Shown in pieces: positions 42,295 through 55,100 of a stretch of 64,000 nt of DNA. The notes under the pieces are model-generated. The model was not told the DNA's origin. It made no database searches and saw only the letters and a program-made list of their open reading frames with translations. The position numbers and the translations under genes are program-made. The stretch comes from a virus (Duplodnaviria > Caudoviricetes), in the IMG/VR virus record IMGVR_UViG_2830161386_000001, positions 32,001-96,000 of that record. One strand, given 5' to 3'. The first letter of the stretch is position 1. Every line of letters starts with the position of its first letter.

Positions 42295-45006
42295 TTAGAA
42301 GCTGTACTCTTCAACGTTTACGCTCTTTTTCGCCGTTTTGCCGTTTGCGTCCTCCAGAACGTAATACACGCTGTCGCCAAAAGAGGACTCCATGACATTG
42401 GTACCCGAGTCGCTGCCGCCACTTAAATCGGTCTCCGTGTGCAGAAGAGTCGTTTGAGAATCGGTTTTGTAAATCCGGAGCTGAAATGGCCCGGCCCCGC
42501 CGGACCACTCAATGTTGTGGTTAAGATAACTAGCATATCCGTAGTCTGTCGCCTCCGTCTTGTCAAACGAGGGGCCTATTGTGCCTCCCCCCCCGCCTCC
42601 ATCGCTGCTGCTCGATAGCGTAAAGGAAAGGTCGTCGATCCAGTAGTAGCAGTCACCAGAGCCGAAACTCCCGCCCTGATAGTTTGTGATCTGAATTTTC
42701 TCGACGCCCCTCCCACCGATATCGACGCCGTTTTCTGTCCGGCTCGTTCCGGTCGACTCGTTAGTAAAGGTCACGTCGGCGGTCCCCGCGCCCCAGTCAA
42801 ACGCCATTTCGACCTTGATCCAATCCTGGTACTCTCCGCCCCCGTCGTAGAGCTGGGTAATTGTCCCGTTTCCGTCGTAGACCTTCCACTGCGGGTTGTC
42901 GGTCAGGGCCGCGATTACGCTTGTCCCGCCCGAGTCGTACAGCCGGAGTCCACCTCCGTAGCTGCCCACTCTTTCGGTGTAGTAGAACGTCAAGGACTGG
43001 ATTTGATTGCCGCCTCTCAATTCAGCAGGTTCGACGTAGGCGATTTCACCAGCTTGTGCGCCGCTTACCCCACCCCCATAGGAGTAAGAGCCGTTCCGTG
43101 CGTAGGTCGTCGTGCGCCCGAACCCTGACTCGACGGGCACCCACCCCTCATCACCGCTCTCAAAGTCATGCGTTACCGTTTCGCCGTCGGCTCCTCCACC
43201 GCCCCCTGAAGAAGCCCGATTTACGCTCGTAGACACCGAACGCCCGACTGTTGCTGTACTTGAGGTGGACCTCTTTATCACCTCTTTTGCCCGCTCCACG
43301 CTTGTTTCAATGGAGCGTCCAACTGATGCTGTACTTGAAATGTCTTTTTCGAAGGTCTGAAGGCGCCACGTTTTGCCGGGAAACGTCTCGACTTTCGCGA
43401 CGGTCTTTTCCGCGCCCCGATCTTCTTCTTGATACGTCATCCGGTTTTCCGGCAGGCCGCTTTCCGGGCGGCCGATCCCGTCACTATCGCTTCCGGCAAT
43501 ATCGCCATCGTAAGACAGGTAATAGTCGTCATCTACCTTCTGCCCGTCGACCCAAAGCTCTAGGTCTCCTTTAGGAATGTTCGCGGTCCACTCGATCACG
43601 TGGGCCCCGCCTTCTACGTTGTACTCACGGCACTCCCCGGAGCCGCCCTCCTTCCCCCCGTCTCCGACCTGTAGGTACAAGTCTCCCTGGTGCAAATATA
43701 AAATAGCCCCGTCCCCGCCAGCGCCCCAATGGGCAATAATTCCACCAGCATTTGAGCCGTCACTGATGTTCACGTATGCGCGGGCAGAAGAGCGCTTCCC
43801 CAGGTCCACGCCCGAGCCGTACTCAACTGCTTCGTGGCGGTAGACGACCGGACCGGAAAACTCCTCGGTTTTGTACTGCGGAACTACCTGTCCGGTGGTC
43901 TCCCCGTCGTAGATGTCCGCCCAGTACACCTCTCCGCCGTACTCGTAGTCCGACCCGCTCCACCCCTGACCTAAGTCTCGGGCCCCGCCGCTACTGTCCC
44001 CAATCGTTCCGTCATCGCCCCCGCACAGCCGGCTGTTGCTAATTGTATCGGTGTCAACCGGCGCCCCGTTTACGTACAAAACGCACTGTCCAGTATCTAC
44101 GTCCGCGCTCCAAGCAGGCCAGATTTTGCCTGGAAGCACGTAGACTGCACTTGCCGAATAATCGTAACCTGCATACTCTCCGTCGTGGCCGAGGGTTGTC
44201 TCGTCGTCGGAGGCGTCGTAGGAAACTGACGTAATTGACCCTGTGTCGTAGTTTATCGACCAGCCGATCCGGTCGCCTTTTTGGATGTCATCGGTCCAGT
44301 CTCCTTCCAAAACAGTTTCGTCTCCATTAACATCCACGCCGGAAAACCGGAGCCCAAGGCGGTGGCTCAGCGTAGCAACGTCCGTTCCGGAGGTAGACCC
44401 CCCGTCTCCAAACATCGCAACCAGCCGCTCGGTGCCAAGAATCGGATCTCCGTAGTTGTCCCGGTCCGCCACAATTGCCATCGCGAGCCCGTCTCCCGTT
44501 CCGCCTGACTCCATCAAAATGCCCGTGGCCCCCAGCTCAAGCCGGGCCCGGGCGTAAACGGTAGCGGAGGAGCTGTAATTCAAATCCGAATAATCTTCGT
44601 AGGAACGGTCCCACCGTTCGTCCCGGGAAAACCCTTCCACGAGAGGGTATATTGCCCGCTTCGATGCGACGCTCGTCGCAGAAACGCTTCGGCTAAGCGA
44701 CACCCCGACTTCTCGTGGACGCTTCGCGTCCGTGCTAATAGAACGGCCAACGGTCGCAAGGCTTGAGGCAGACTTTTGAAACGTCCGTTCGACCTCGGCT
44801 TCTATAGAGCGGCCAACCATCGCGGCGCTTGAAGCTGAGATTTTCAAAAGGCGCTCAACGGTCGTCTCAACCGACCGGCCAACCCGCGCTTCCGACTGGG
44901 CCTCAACGGACCTTGCTTTTGTTACCTCGATTGATCGCCCGACCTCTGCCGTCGAGCTGGCCTGGCGCTGCCGGAAGGCAGAGCCGGACAAGTGCGTAAT
45001 GGGCAT
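42295..45006 (-). CDS. Modular adhesin/fibre protein: VGRS repeats plus lectin-like domains
   Basis: 903 aa; repeats SSxAxVGRS[IV]; two related lectin-like domains (G.GDG...GDGG...W.A..GD/Q..L.V.G..VD.D); poly-Gly linkers. Confidence 0.75.
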   Translation of the reverse strand: MPITHLSGSAFRQRQASSTAEVGRSIEVTKARSVEAQSEARVGRSVETTVERLLKISASSAAMVGRSIEAEVERTFQKSASSLATVGRSISTDAKRPREVGVSLSRSVSATSVASKRAIYPLVEGFSRDERWDRSYEDYSDLNYSSSATVYARARLELGATGILMESGGTGDGLAMAIVADRDNYGDPILGTERLVAMFGDGGSTSGTDVATLSHRLGLRFSGVDVNGDETVLEGDWTDDIQKGDRIGWSINYDTGSITSVSYDASDDETTLGHDGEYAGYDYSASAVYVLPGKIWPAWSADVDTGQCVLYVNGAPVDTDTISNSRLCGGDDGTIGDSSGGARDLGQGWSGSDYEYGGEVYWADIYDGETTGQVVPQYKTEEFSGPVVYRHEAVEYGSGVDLGKRSSARAYVNISDGSNAGGIIAHWGAGGDGAILYLHQGDLYLQVGDGGKEGGSGECREYNVEGGAHVIEWTANIPKGDLELWVDGQKVDDDYYLSYDGDIAGSDSDGIGRPESGLPENRMTYQEEDRGAEKTVAKVETFPGKTWRLQTFEKDISSTASVGRSIETSVERAKEVIKRSTSSTATVGRSVSTSVNRASSGGGGGADGETVTHDFESGDEGWVPVESGFGRTTTYARNGSYSYGGGVSGAQAGEIAYVEPAELRGGNQIQSLTFYYTERVGSYGGGLRLYDSGGTSVIAALTDNPQWKVYDGNGTITQLYDGGGEYQDWIKVEMAFDWGAGTADVTFTNESTGTSRTENGVDIGGRGVEKIQITNYQGGSFGSGDCYYWIDDLSFTLSSSSDGGGGGGTIGPSFDKTEATDYGYASYLNHNIEWSGGAGPFQLRIYKTDSQTTLLHTETDLSGGSDSGTNVMESSFGDSVYYVLEDANGKTAKKSVNVEEYSF

Positions 45007-45074
45007 AAAGAAATGAACTCGGCATTAGCCAGCAATCCCTCTGGCTAAACGGCCCGCCGCACAGGCGGGCGCTT

Positions 45075-45836
45075 CTAATAGGTCAAGTCGTGATACAGAG
45101 ACGTGATGCGCAGCTCCGCGAGGTCCGGCACGTCAACCGAGCTGAAAGTGGCGACGTCAAACAGGTACCAGTTGTTGTCCCCGCTGTCGCGGATTTCGCA
45201 TTTCACCCGGTCGATCCCCGACCACTTGCTTCCGCTTTGGTTCGTAAACCGGAGATTGTCTGAAATGCTTATGTACCCCGAGCCGGCCGTAGTGTAGTTT
45301 TGATTGTTGGCGATAATAATTCCGCCGCCGGAGAGGTCGCTTAGGTAGTCACCAGAGCCAGAGCCGAGCGTAAAGCGGTATTTTATGTTACTATTGCTTG
45401 TCCCGCCCTGATTTACAAGCGAGACAAACCCGGGGTGTCCGCTGAACGTTTGGGAGGCGCGATTGATAATGAGCGTGTCCCCCTTCCCCAGATCCTCGCC
45501 GCTGGTCGAGAACTTAAACGTAACCCATTCGAGCTCTTGAGGGATGTTTGAGATAAGAAAGGCAGGCGACCAAGTAAAATATAGCGGCTCATTCCACGTC
45601 CCGGTCGACTCGTTTGTAAACTCCAGGTCATCACTTGAAGACCCCGGCGTGATCGTGAGGCGAGGCGGGTTGTTTGCCGGCTCGGCCGTAATTGCTGTGT
45701 CAGACCCTCCACTTTTTACTGGAGTGTTAGACCCGTTTTCATAAAGGTCATATGCAGCTCCCGCGTCAAAGCCTGCGGTTCCCTCGTTCAGCAACCGGTC
45801 TAGCGCCCCGGCGGGCTTGTTGTTCTGCGATGGCAT
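45075..45836 (-). CDS. Hypothetical beta-rich virion protein
   Basis: 253 aa, Ser/Gly/Thr-rich; internal duplication (DDLEFTNESTGTW / DNLRFTNQSGSKW). Confidence 0.7.
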   Translation of the reverse strand: MPSQNNKPAGALDRLLNEGTAGFDAGAAYDLYENGSNTPVKSGGSDTAITAEPANNPPRLTITPGSSSDDLEFTNESTGTWNEPLYFTWSPAFLISNIPQELEWVTFKFSTSGEDLGKGDTLIINRASQTFSGHPGFVSLVNQGGTSNSNIKYRFTLGSGSGDYLSDLSGGGIIIANNQNYTTAGSGYISISDNLRFTNQSGSKWSGIDRVKCEIRDSGDNNWYLFDVATFSSVDVPDLAELRITSLYHDLTY

Positions 45837-45872
45837 AAAAAGAAATTGTTCGTATTGGCCGCAAGGCGCGGC

Positions 45873-45888
45873 AATCCCAGCTGGGACT
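45873..45888. promoter_or_regulatory. 16-bp palindrome copy 7 (AATCCCAGCTGGGACT, 1 mismatch)
   Basis: Intergenic, 36 nt upstream of the start at 45836. Confidence 0.8.
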
Positions 45889-45905
45889 CAGCTTCTCACT
45901 TGCAA

Positions 45906-46121
45906 TTACTGATTAGAACTGCCCTTTTTCTCTTCAGAACCTGGCTCTTCAGGCGCCTCTTCTTCGGGGACCTCCTCCGAGGCCCCTTCCTCAGAGCTTC
46001 CTCCCTCCGAGCTTTCTCCCTTAGAACCTTCTTCTTTTTCAGGCTTACCTCCCGGCTTGTCCTCCGGCATTACAACTTCGACCTCGGCGTGGGACTCGAC
46101 GCGAACGTTTTTATCAGGCAT
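45906..46121 (-). CDS. Small acidic low-complexity protein
   Basis: MPDKNVRVESHAEVEVVMPE followed by E/G/S pentapeptide repeats; ATG at 46121. Confidence 0.55.
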   Translation of the reverse strand: MPDKNVRVESHAEVEVVMPEDKPGGKPEKEEGSKGESSEGGSSEEGASEEVPEEEAPEEPGSEEKKGSSNQ

Positions 46122-46155
46122 TTTTTTGAGTCTTGAGTTGTTTTGGGGCTTGCGT

Positions 46156-49100
46156 TTATTCAATTGGGCTAAGATCAAAGGAAATTGTCACCTCCCCAAT
46201 CCCGGAATCCGCAGACGCGGTCGTGGCCCGGATTACGTCTCCCTTCGAGACTTCCCTGCCGATGCTTCCATCCACGACGTAGTTTTGGCCTCCATCTAAG
46301 GATACCGTTTGGGCGTTTCCACCCACGTCCACGTTTACAGCATAAGAGCTATCCGGGGCGCTGTTGGCGTACAGAATCGCCTCCTCGACCCGAAACTTCT
46401 CGTGGAAGATGTGCTGAAGCAGAAGCTCCCCCTTCGGTGGCGTGCCGGCAAAGGTGCTCGCGACCTGGTTGTCGACCACATCCGTTGTGTCCGAGCGCTG
46501 GACCTCGATGCTTCCGGTGCGCCCTTCAAAAGAGCTCACGCCACCCCCACTTCCACCCCCACCCCCACTTACAACACCGACTGAGCCGTTCGCGCCAAGG
46601 GTTGAGGTTACCCGAGGCGACACTTTCGAAAAGACTCCGTTTTTATTGACAACTGTTCGAGGACGAAATTGACGCCACGTCACGTCGTTTAAACCTGGTG
46701 TGCTGGTTTTCAGCCCCCCTATCGAAGCACTAATCTGTTCGGCGCTGTCGATGTCCCGGTCTGTTTCGAGAGTCACGACAAACTCGACGACGTCCCCGAA
46801 CTGCGGACGACTAATAACAGCGTCGTCAAACGAGAAGGATTCGGTGATAGTATATCCGCTGTAATCCGGGGTTACCGTTCCCGTCCCTACGATCTTTTTA
46901 GCGAGGGTTCCGTCGGTAATGCTTGTGTTTTCGCGGAGCTCAAACACAAGAGTAAAGTCAAGATCTTCAGCCTGGCCGGTATTGCCAATTGTAATAGATA
47001 GATTGACCTCCGACGCCATCTCAACCGGTACATCCGGGCTATGCCCGAAATCCGTTACGTCGAACCCCTCACTTCCATCGAGCCTCAGCAACTCGTATGA
47101 GGTTTGCCTATTTCCTCCAGGGTCATTCGTGCTAAACGTGCGGGAATAAGTCTGCCCCAGGCTTTCTGTTGCAACCGGGTTCATGTTGCCCGGAAAGCTC
47201 GCGTTCGGCCCGATTGCAATCGACGGTCGAGACGGTTCGTCGGGAAGCTCATTGGCGTATACCCGAATCTCTTCTTCCCCGCCATCTAGCCGGATCCCTT
47301 CGTCCGGCGGATCTCCCAGGTCAACCGTCCTGCCCTGCTGTATTTTCCCAGCCAATCTTCCGTTAAGAGCCAAGACCCCCTCGTGATACCCGAAAAACGT
47401 GTCTGTGTCCTCATCAGCCGTTCCATTACTCGGGTAATCCCCAGAGGACAACGACTTGAAAAACGACTTTGCTTCCCCGACACGACCAACCGCAAAGAGC
47501 CCGCTATCTGGGGTACTGGGCGTTCCCCAGTTCGCCACGTACTGCATCGAGGTCTCGTCGTCGGACTCGTTGAGGTAGAGGTCCCCGCTGTCCGACAGGT
47601 AGGTGCGCCAGCGGCGGGCGTGTTCGTCAATGGTTTCGCCGTCCCCGTCGCTCTCGACGTTTTCAAGCGCGGTGAGGTACCCAATCGCGTCGGCGGAGGT
47701 CGCAAGGCCGCTAAAACCGTCCCCAAGCTTCCTTGCCGCCTTTCCGCGCTCCGCCAGCCCCGGCCCGATCACGTCGCGACCGATTCGGTAGTTGACCACC
47801 CCAACTGGCTGGATTTCTTCTCCACTTGCCCTTGTGGCAATCACCTTTACCTTCGCCTTGCCGCCGGTAAACGGCGCGGTGTAGTCCTGCGGCACGAGGC
47901 GTGCGTAGTCCCCTTCCGACTCGGTTTTCACCGGCGCTTTCGCCTGCGAAAACGGCCCGTTGTCAACGACCGTTGCGGAGCTGATGGCAAGCTGCTTCGC
48001 GCCCTCGTACACCCGAAACTCCGCCGCCCCGCGGTCTAGGTCCCCCACAATGTCGCCGTTTTGGTCGACCGGGTACGCGTGGGTGTCGTTCGCCACGGAC
48101 AGCACAATGCCGTCGCTTCCCTCCTGCACGACGGGAAAGGTCTCTACGTCCGTGTAGGACTCCCCGTCTGCGCCGTCGGTGACGGTCAGCCGAACAGTTT
48201 TCTGAAACGGGTCTGTGCCTACTGACGGGTGGCTTACGGTAAACGTATCCCCCCCGTTGTCGCCGGTCTGGGTTTGGGCGGCCGAATACGAGCCCCCTCC
48301 TTCTTTGGTCTCCCACTTATACGTGATTTCAGAGGGATTCCCGACCAGCCCGCCGGTCTTTGCCGTCAGGCCAATTTCCGGGACCGACCAATCCTCTTGC
48401 GCGGTCGGCTTGTTTTTGATAAAGACGTACTGCCCCGCCGAAATCCGGGCCTGCTCCGCCGCGTCTTGCCCCTCCCGCAGCGCGGTGACCTGCCGGGTGC
48501 GGCGGTAGGTCTTGTCGTGGGGGTCCCACTCGGTTGTCGCGCCGTCTGGGGGGTCCCCAACGGTTGTCGATACGACCGTACAGATGTAATTGCTGCCCTC
48601 GTAGCTTACTACGTCTCCCTCCCCGTACTGCACGTCGCTCTGCCAGGGCTTCGACTCGCTTGGGTCCTCGTACACAAACTCCACGTCTACAGACCGCGCC
48701 GGAAGCGAGCCGCCCCCCGCCGCCGTTACGTTAACCGTATAGTTTGAGCCGACGTTTGAGGCGCTGGTGACGTCGGAGAGCGTCCCGCTTCCGGTATCGA
48801 GCCGGAGGTCTACGCGGGCGGACTGCCGCTCGGAGGCGCCCTTATAAAAGGTGGCTTTCAGCCGCGTCTCCCGGTTTCCGTTTGCCGTCGGGCCCGGCGC
48901 CCAATCGCCACTCTGGTCGCGCACCCACTCTTTCGGGCCCAACACGCGGTCGATGTCCAAAAGCGGGGCGTCGTCTCCGTCCGTGCCTTCTTTCTGGTCA
49001 ATAATGCGGAGGGACTCGACCGTCGCGCTTCCCTTTCGTAGCTGAAGCAAGGCGCTTCCAGACACGTCTTCGTGGCCGACTTCAACCGAGGTTCCGCCGC

Positions 49101-52100
49101 CGGTGTAGGTCTTCGTGGGAGTGGAGTCGGTGTCGTCGAAAAGCGCAAACGAGTAGGGATTTCCGTCAACCGAGAGCGTTTTTTCGCTTTTGCTACCCTC
49201 CCGGCGGCCCCGGAAGGTCAAGCTCTCAGGCTCGATGCGGTCCCCGTCGGGGTTGATCCGAAACACCTGGTCGTCCGGGTCCTCGATCAAGTACTCGGCA
49301 AAGTCCCGGTTGAACCGCACCGTCTCGGAGAACCGAATTGTTTTGTCGGCCGTCTCCGCGTTGTGCTCAAACGAGATTGTCCACCGGCTGGGGCTCGTTG
49401 CCGTGGTGTCGGGGGGGACGTCGTTTCCGTTTTCGTCGGTGACGGTCACGCCCCCGTTCAGGTTGTTTTGGGGCCCAATCGTCCAGTACGCGTCGATTTC
49501 TGAGCCGTTAGGCGAGGCGTGCACGTCGACGACCGTCCGCACCGTCGATCCGGTCGGCGGGGCGTAGGTGCCTTTGATGGCAATCGGGGACGGCGCGACG
49601 GTATCGTCTGTTTCGTTGGGGGTCCCGTCGGTGAAGTACGTAATCTCCGTTCCTTTTGGGGTAACGATGTATCCGGTGCTTACCCCGTCGTTTAGGTCCA
49701 CAAGGCGCTCGGAGTCTAAGACCTGCCCGTCCCAGGTCTGGAGTTGAATCACGTCTTGTTCGGCGATGTCATCCGGCGTAATCTCAACAGTTGAGACCGG
49801 GGATGCCGAGCTGCTTCCTGGCACCGCCTGTTGCGGATTGGTCTGGTCTCCGCCCTCGTACCGGACGAGCTTGAGCTCTCCGTACTGCAAGTCAATCGGC
49901 TCCCCGCTCCGTTTAAACCCAAACGACAGGGCCTGATTTGAGCCGTCCTTGATGCTTGTCCCCTTCTGCGGGTCGATGCGGTAGATGCCAAAGTCGCGGG
50001 GGAGCTGAAGCTGCTCGGCGAAGGTAATTGTGTCCCCGGCGTGCGGGTCCTCTCCTTCAAACTCGACCAGAAGATCCTCGACCGGCCCGGTCACGCCGGT
50101 TTGCGCCGGGCTGTCCGCGTTCAGCGGCGAGGAGACCTCTGTGCCTTGAGCTTTCACGGCGTAGCTTACGTCCGCGTCTCCCGCGCCTGCGCTCCAGCTG
50201 ATCTCCAGCTCGTTTCCACTTGTTTCCGTGCCGCCGATCAAGACCTCTTGGGCGTGCCCCCCGCCCTGCACGTCCACAAACCGGCCGGTAAACGTGACGC
50301 CACTTGGGCTTACGACATCAACCCCTGGGCCGTTGAAGTGCGTCATCTCCAGGGAGGAGGGCTGGACGTAGCCGGTCGATACCGCGTCGTTTAGGTCCGC
50401 CAGGGCGATGCTGTCAACGATCCCGGACTCATTGGCCGAATCCCCGAGATAGACGCGCCGACGCCCGCCTCCGATATCCCCTGGCTGAAGGGTTGGCTCG
50501 TAGTCGCCCGCCGCGCTTGTCAGGTCGCTGATCGGGGGATAGCTGCTCCCGTCTTTGACGCGGAGCTTGTAGTTTCCGCTTGTAATCGGGGTTTCGGTGT
50601 CCCCGACCACCTTGACCGCGCTTAGGGTTATGGAGCCGTCTCCGTTTTTAATAACGCGCCCGTCCTGCGAGCGGATAAACCGCTGGACCGTGCTGTCCCC
50701 CGGCCGGACGGCAAACACCCGCTCGCGGGCCGTTTCCGTGACGCTCGCGTTCGGGTCGTCGTAGGTAAACTCGGCGGTTGCGGCCTGCCCATCGCCTCGC
50801 AGCGTCACGGACACGTCCCCGGGACTCGTCTCGGAAAACGAGCCGCCGGAGGAAGCGCCCGTAACGCTTCCGTCCAGGGAAAAGCTCGTTCCGTCCCACG
50901 TGACCTTCGCCAGCTTTGCCGCCACGCGACTTCCTCGAAAAAACTGCGCCCCGATAAACACCGACTCGGTTTGCCAGTCCGTATCCGCGTCTCGGGTAAA
51001 GACCGCGCTTCCCTCGACCACCTCGGTTGTGCCGCGGATCAGGTCCGTTAAATCCGCGAGCCGCATCGTGTCGTAGGTGACACCCCTGCTTTTGTCCGCA
51101 AGATGAAGGGTCAGCTGCCCGTCGGTAATTTGAGGCGCGCTAATCGAGGGGCTGTACGGGTCGCTTGCCCCGATGGAGTTGGCCGAATCGGTAATCGGGT
51201 AGAGCGTCCCGCCGGACTTGGTGTAGAGCTTAATTTCAGGCTCGTGGCTGGAGGAAATGGCTTTTTGCTCGCTTGCCCGGACGTGGGTGGCGCGGACCTG
51301 AACGGTCTCTCCTGAATTGCGGATCACCCGACCCCCATCGGTCCGGATGTAGAAGTACTCCGACGCCTCTCCCTTTTCGCCTTTGACCCGGGCAACGTCC
51401 CAGTCCGACCAGTCGCCGCTACCGTCGCTTCCGGCCTCGTCGTCGTAGCGGCTTACCGCCACGAAATACGGGTCCCGGCTTGTTACATCGTTTGGGCTTT
51501 TCTTCCAGCCGTTGCTCCCAGGATCCCAGCTGGGACTGGCGCCCGGGCGGCCGGTCGGCTGGTTTTCCGGGGCGGGCGGCTTTCCGATTCCAGGGGCGGT
51601 CGGGTCGTCTGCGGTCGGCTCGCTCCCGGTGCCAGGGTGCCATACCCGAAACACCCCCGCCTTCGAGTCGAGCTTCTCCGGGGCCGACCAGGCGGCGTCT
51701 TCCGCCCCGTCTCCAGTGGTGTCAATTGTTTTGGCCGGCCCGCCTGCCGCGACCGTATACACCGCCTTGCTCATCCAAAGCTGCTTTTCGGAACCGGAAC
51801 CGGTTGGGGGCGCGTCGCTCCAGCCGCTCGGCGGATTGGGGTCGAAGTACGTCCCGCCCGCCGAGTTTGAGGGGCGCCCCGGGCTGCCGCTGCTGCGCTG
51901 AAAGACGTAGCTCGTAAACGCGCCCGGCTCCCCGGTCCGGATGGCCGTCACGTCTCCGTATGCCCGCTGTACGATCCCGGACTCGTTTTCGTACTCGACG
52001 GCGACGTCGGCAGCGTAGTCCGAAAGAACCGTCCCGTTTCCGTCTGCAATGAGGCTTACCGACGCCCCGGGCTCTTTCGTCGAGGCGCTAGAAACAGAGA

Positions 52101-55100
52101 GCGACCAGCTCGGGGAGGCGCTCGGGCCGTTGTAGGTGACCTTGGCGGTAAGCTCCGCCACCGGGTCCGGCCTCGGGCCCTGGAAAAACGCGTACTCGAT
52201 GGTTGTCGTCGTCCCAAGGGCGGGCGTCCAGGACCGGTCTTCGTTTTGGTCGTAGGTCCGCGGCCCGCTTGTGTAGTCGACTGTCGGCACGACCGACTCA
52301 GTTAGGTCCGCCAGGGTTACCCCCTGGACCTGCCGGCCCGGCGCCCCGCCATCCCAGGTCTGAAGCAAAACGTCGGTAGAGTTGTCGATGGCCCCGGCCG
52401 AAAATTCGTAGTAAAGGTCCCCGCTTCCCCCTTTCTGAGACACCCCGCTGGTGTTTTCGTCCAGCACTGTGCCCGTTCCGTCCGTAAGCCGGAATCCATC
52501 GCTTTTGGAGAGACGGTTTTCCCGCGGGCCCTTTGTCTTTCGGGCCTCCACCGGAAGAGTGCCCTGAGAGTTTTTGATCAGGTTCCCGTTTTCGAGAAGC
52601 AGGTTGTAGCTGGTCCCGTGCTCCCCGTCTCTCCGGACCGTAATGGTTTCAGATTCGGTATCGCGGGCGTCGTCGCCGGTGTCGACCCACACCCCATCGG
52701 CCGCCTCCCCGTCGGGGTTCCAAACTGCCTCACCAGACACGTCAAGACTGGACCCGTCTCGGGTCGTATCCAGCTTCCAAAACGTGCCGCTTTCCTCCAC
52801 GTACCGGAGGTCGTCGTCGCGGGTCTCTTTCTTTTTGATGCTGGTCAGGTCGGAGGGGGCCTGCACGCCGCTTTCCGGCTCGTGTTTGTAGGTAAACTCC
52901 AGCCCCAGCGCCTGGCCGCTCTCGCTGAGAGACTTTTCGTAGGTAATCTCCGAGCTGGAAATGCTGGCGTCGTCTTTAATAAAGAGCGACGCATTCGGCG
53001 CATCGAACCCAATCGTAACCGAGCCGCGGGCCTGGACGGCAAGCCCCCGCCGGGCCGTCGCGGTAATTACAGTATCTGTTGTCCGGTCCCACGTCTCGCT
53101 CTCCTGGTCCCAGCTATACACCAGGTCCTGTGGGTTCCGCTCAAGCGCAACGTCGATGGCGTCGGCCCCGTCGGTCCCGTCTTTTAGGTCGACGATCTTA
53201 ACCGCCTCCAGCACCGCGTCTCCGTCCCGCAACACGAGGTCATCGTCCCCGTCGATGTCGGTCTCGTTCAGCACAATCCGCCCAGAGGGCGCCTCCCCGC
53301 TTCCGTCTTTGAGGCGGCCCTCCGACCCGTCCAGGACAACAGATTGAGTGTCAACCGGCCTTAGCTCAACGGTAAACTCCGCGTCTTCGCGCCCGGCTAC
53401 GCCGGTGATGCTGTCGATCTCTTTTTTGGTGAGACGGCGGTTGACCGCGCCCCGCTCGCGGACGTCGATCTTGACCGTTCCGCTTCCGTTTCGGATGACC
53501 TTCGGGGTCACTTGCTTGAAGTAGAAGCTCCCCGGGTCGTCGACAAATTCAAGCTGCTCCTCCTCGGTGGAGGACTCCCCGGTTTCCGGGTCCACCATTG
53601 TAAACCGGACGCGCATCCGCTTTGGGTCCGTCGTGGCCGCCGTGCCGGACTTGTCCGTTCCGGCGCTGGTGTCGTAAACGACCGTGCCCGCCTCGTTTAT
53701 GACCTTGAAGTCTATGCTCCCCGCCTCGTTTTCGACCGGCGCCCCGCTTGCGGCCATCTCCGCGATCACAAGGTCCCCCGAATCGTTTTCCTCAAACCGG
53801 AAATACGCGTCTTGGCGGCGGGTCGACCGGCTATCGCCCGGCGGCTGAAACACGCCGGTAAACCGCAGGTCCTCCGGGTCAATCGGGAGCCCTCCCGTTA
53901 CCTCGTCGACGGTGTAGTGGGTCACCTCCCGGCCGCTCGGGGCCTGAATGTAGGTGACCTGAAACGGGTCGGTCGTGTCCAAAATCCGCTCTGCGTCCAG
54001 CACGGCCGGGTCCCCGGAGGCCGGGTCGGTCTGGAGCTGCACGACGTCCTGCTGCTTGATGTCGCTGGCGGTCAGCTCCACCTTTGAAATTAGGTTCCCC
54101 GACCCGTCTTTGGGCCACACCTCAATAGGGTCGGTCGGGGCGTCGATGCCCTCGTACTGCACGAAGCGAAGCTCTCCCTCCTCCAAGTCGACCTGCCGGT
54201 TCGGGTCGTTTCCATCGAAGCGCTTGAACTTAAAGACAAGCGTTTTGTCGGTGCCCTTCTTCAAGTCCGTTCCGTTGGGCGCGTCGATCCGGTAGGTCCC
54301 GTCGTCGCGAAGAAGCTGAAGCTGCTCTAAAAAAGAGACGGTCTCGCCGGTATTCGGGTCCGTGCCGGTAAACTCGACGACCAGCTCGCGGACGGTGCCC
54401 GAAACCCCGCTTACAGACGGGTTGTCCGCGTTCACCGACCCGCTAGTTCCGTTGGACGGGTCAAATACAACCGTTCCCTGCGCCCGCACGACGTAGGTGG
54501 TGTCCTCGTCGGCGGGAATCGAATTGCTGGGCGTGCCGTGCTGGAAATCGACGATCAGGTCTCCGTCGGCGTTGTCCGACGGTTTCATCTCCAGCCCCTG
54601 GGCGTGCTCTGTTTTTTGGCTGTCGAAGAACCGTCCGGTAAACGGCACGCTGGAGGCGGACACAGAGCCGTGAGCCGGGCCGGTAAAGTGGGTTACGTCC
54701 AGGGTGGGGGCCTGCACGTACCCGGTCGAGAGCCCGTCTGTAACGTCGGCAACGGCGATGCTGTCCTCCTGTACCGCCTCGCCGGTTCCCGGCCCCAAAT
54801 ACAAAATCCGCTGCCCCTCGATCTGCGCGTCGTTTAAGGACGGGCTATACGGGTCTGCCCCCGGAAGCGGGGAGCCCGGCGCCCCGAGGGGCACAAACCC
54901 GTCTCCGCTATCGGTCTCGTCGGTTCGGATCTTGTACCCGTCCCCGCTCCCGAGGCGGACCTCTTCGTTTGCCTGCTGGCGGATAATTTTGAGGTCGACC
55001 GTTCCGACGCCGTCTTTGATAGCCTTTCCGTTTTCGGCTCGGATAAACCGGTCGGTGGTCGACTTCCCGCCCGTTAGGGCGACGACTTCGTCTTGAATAT

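Noticed and set aside
32599-47500. Diversity-generating retroelement or invertible shufflon
   Set aside because: No reverse transcriptase, no near-identical TR/VR pair differing at adenines, no recombinase and no inverted cassettes were seen in this window. Elements elsewhere in the genome cannot be excluded.
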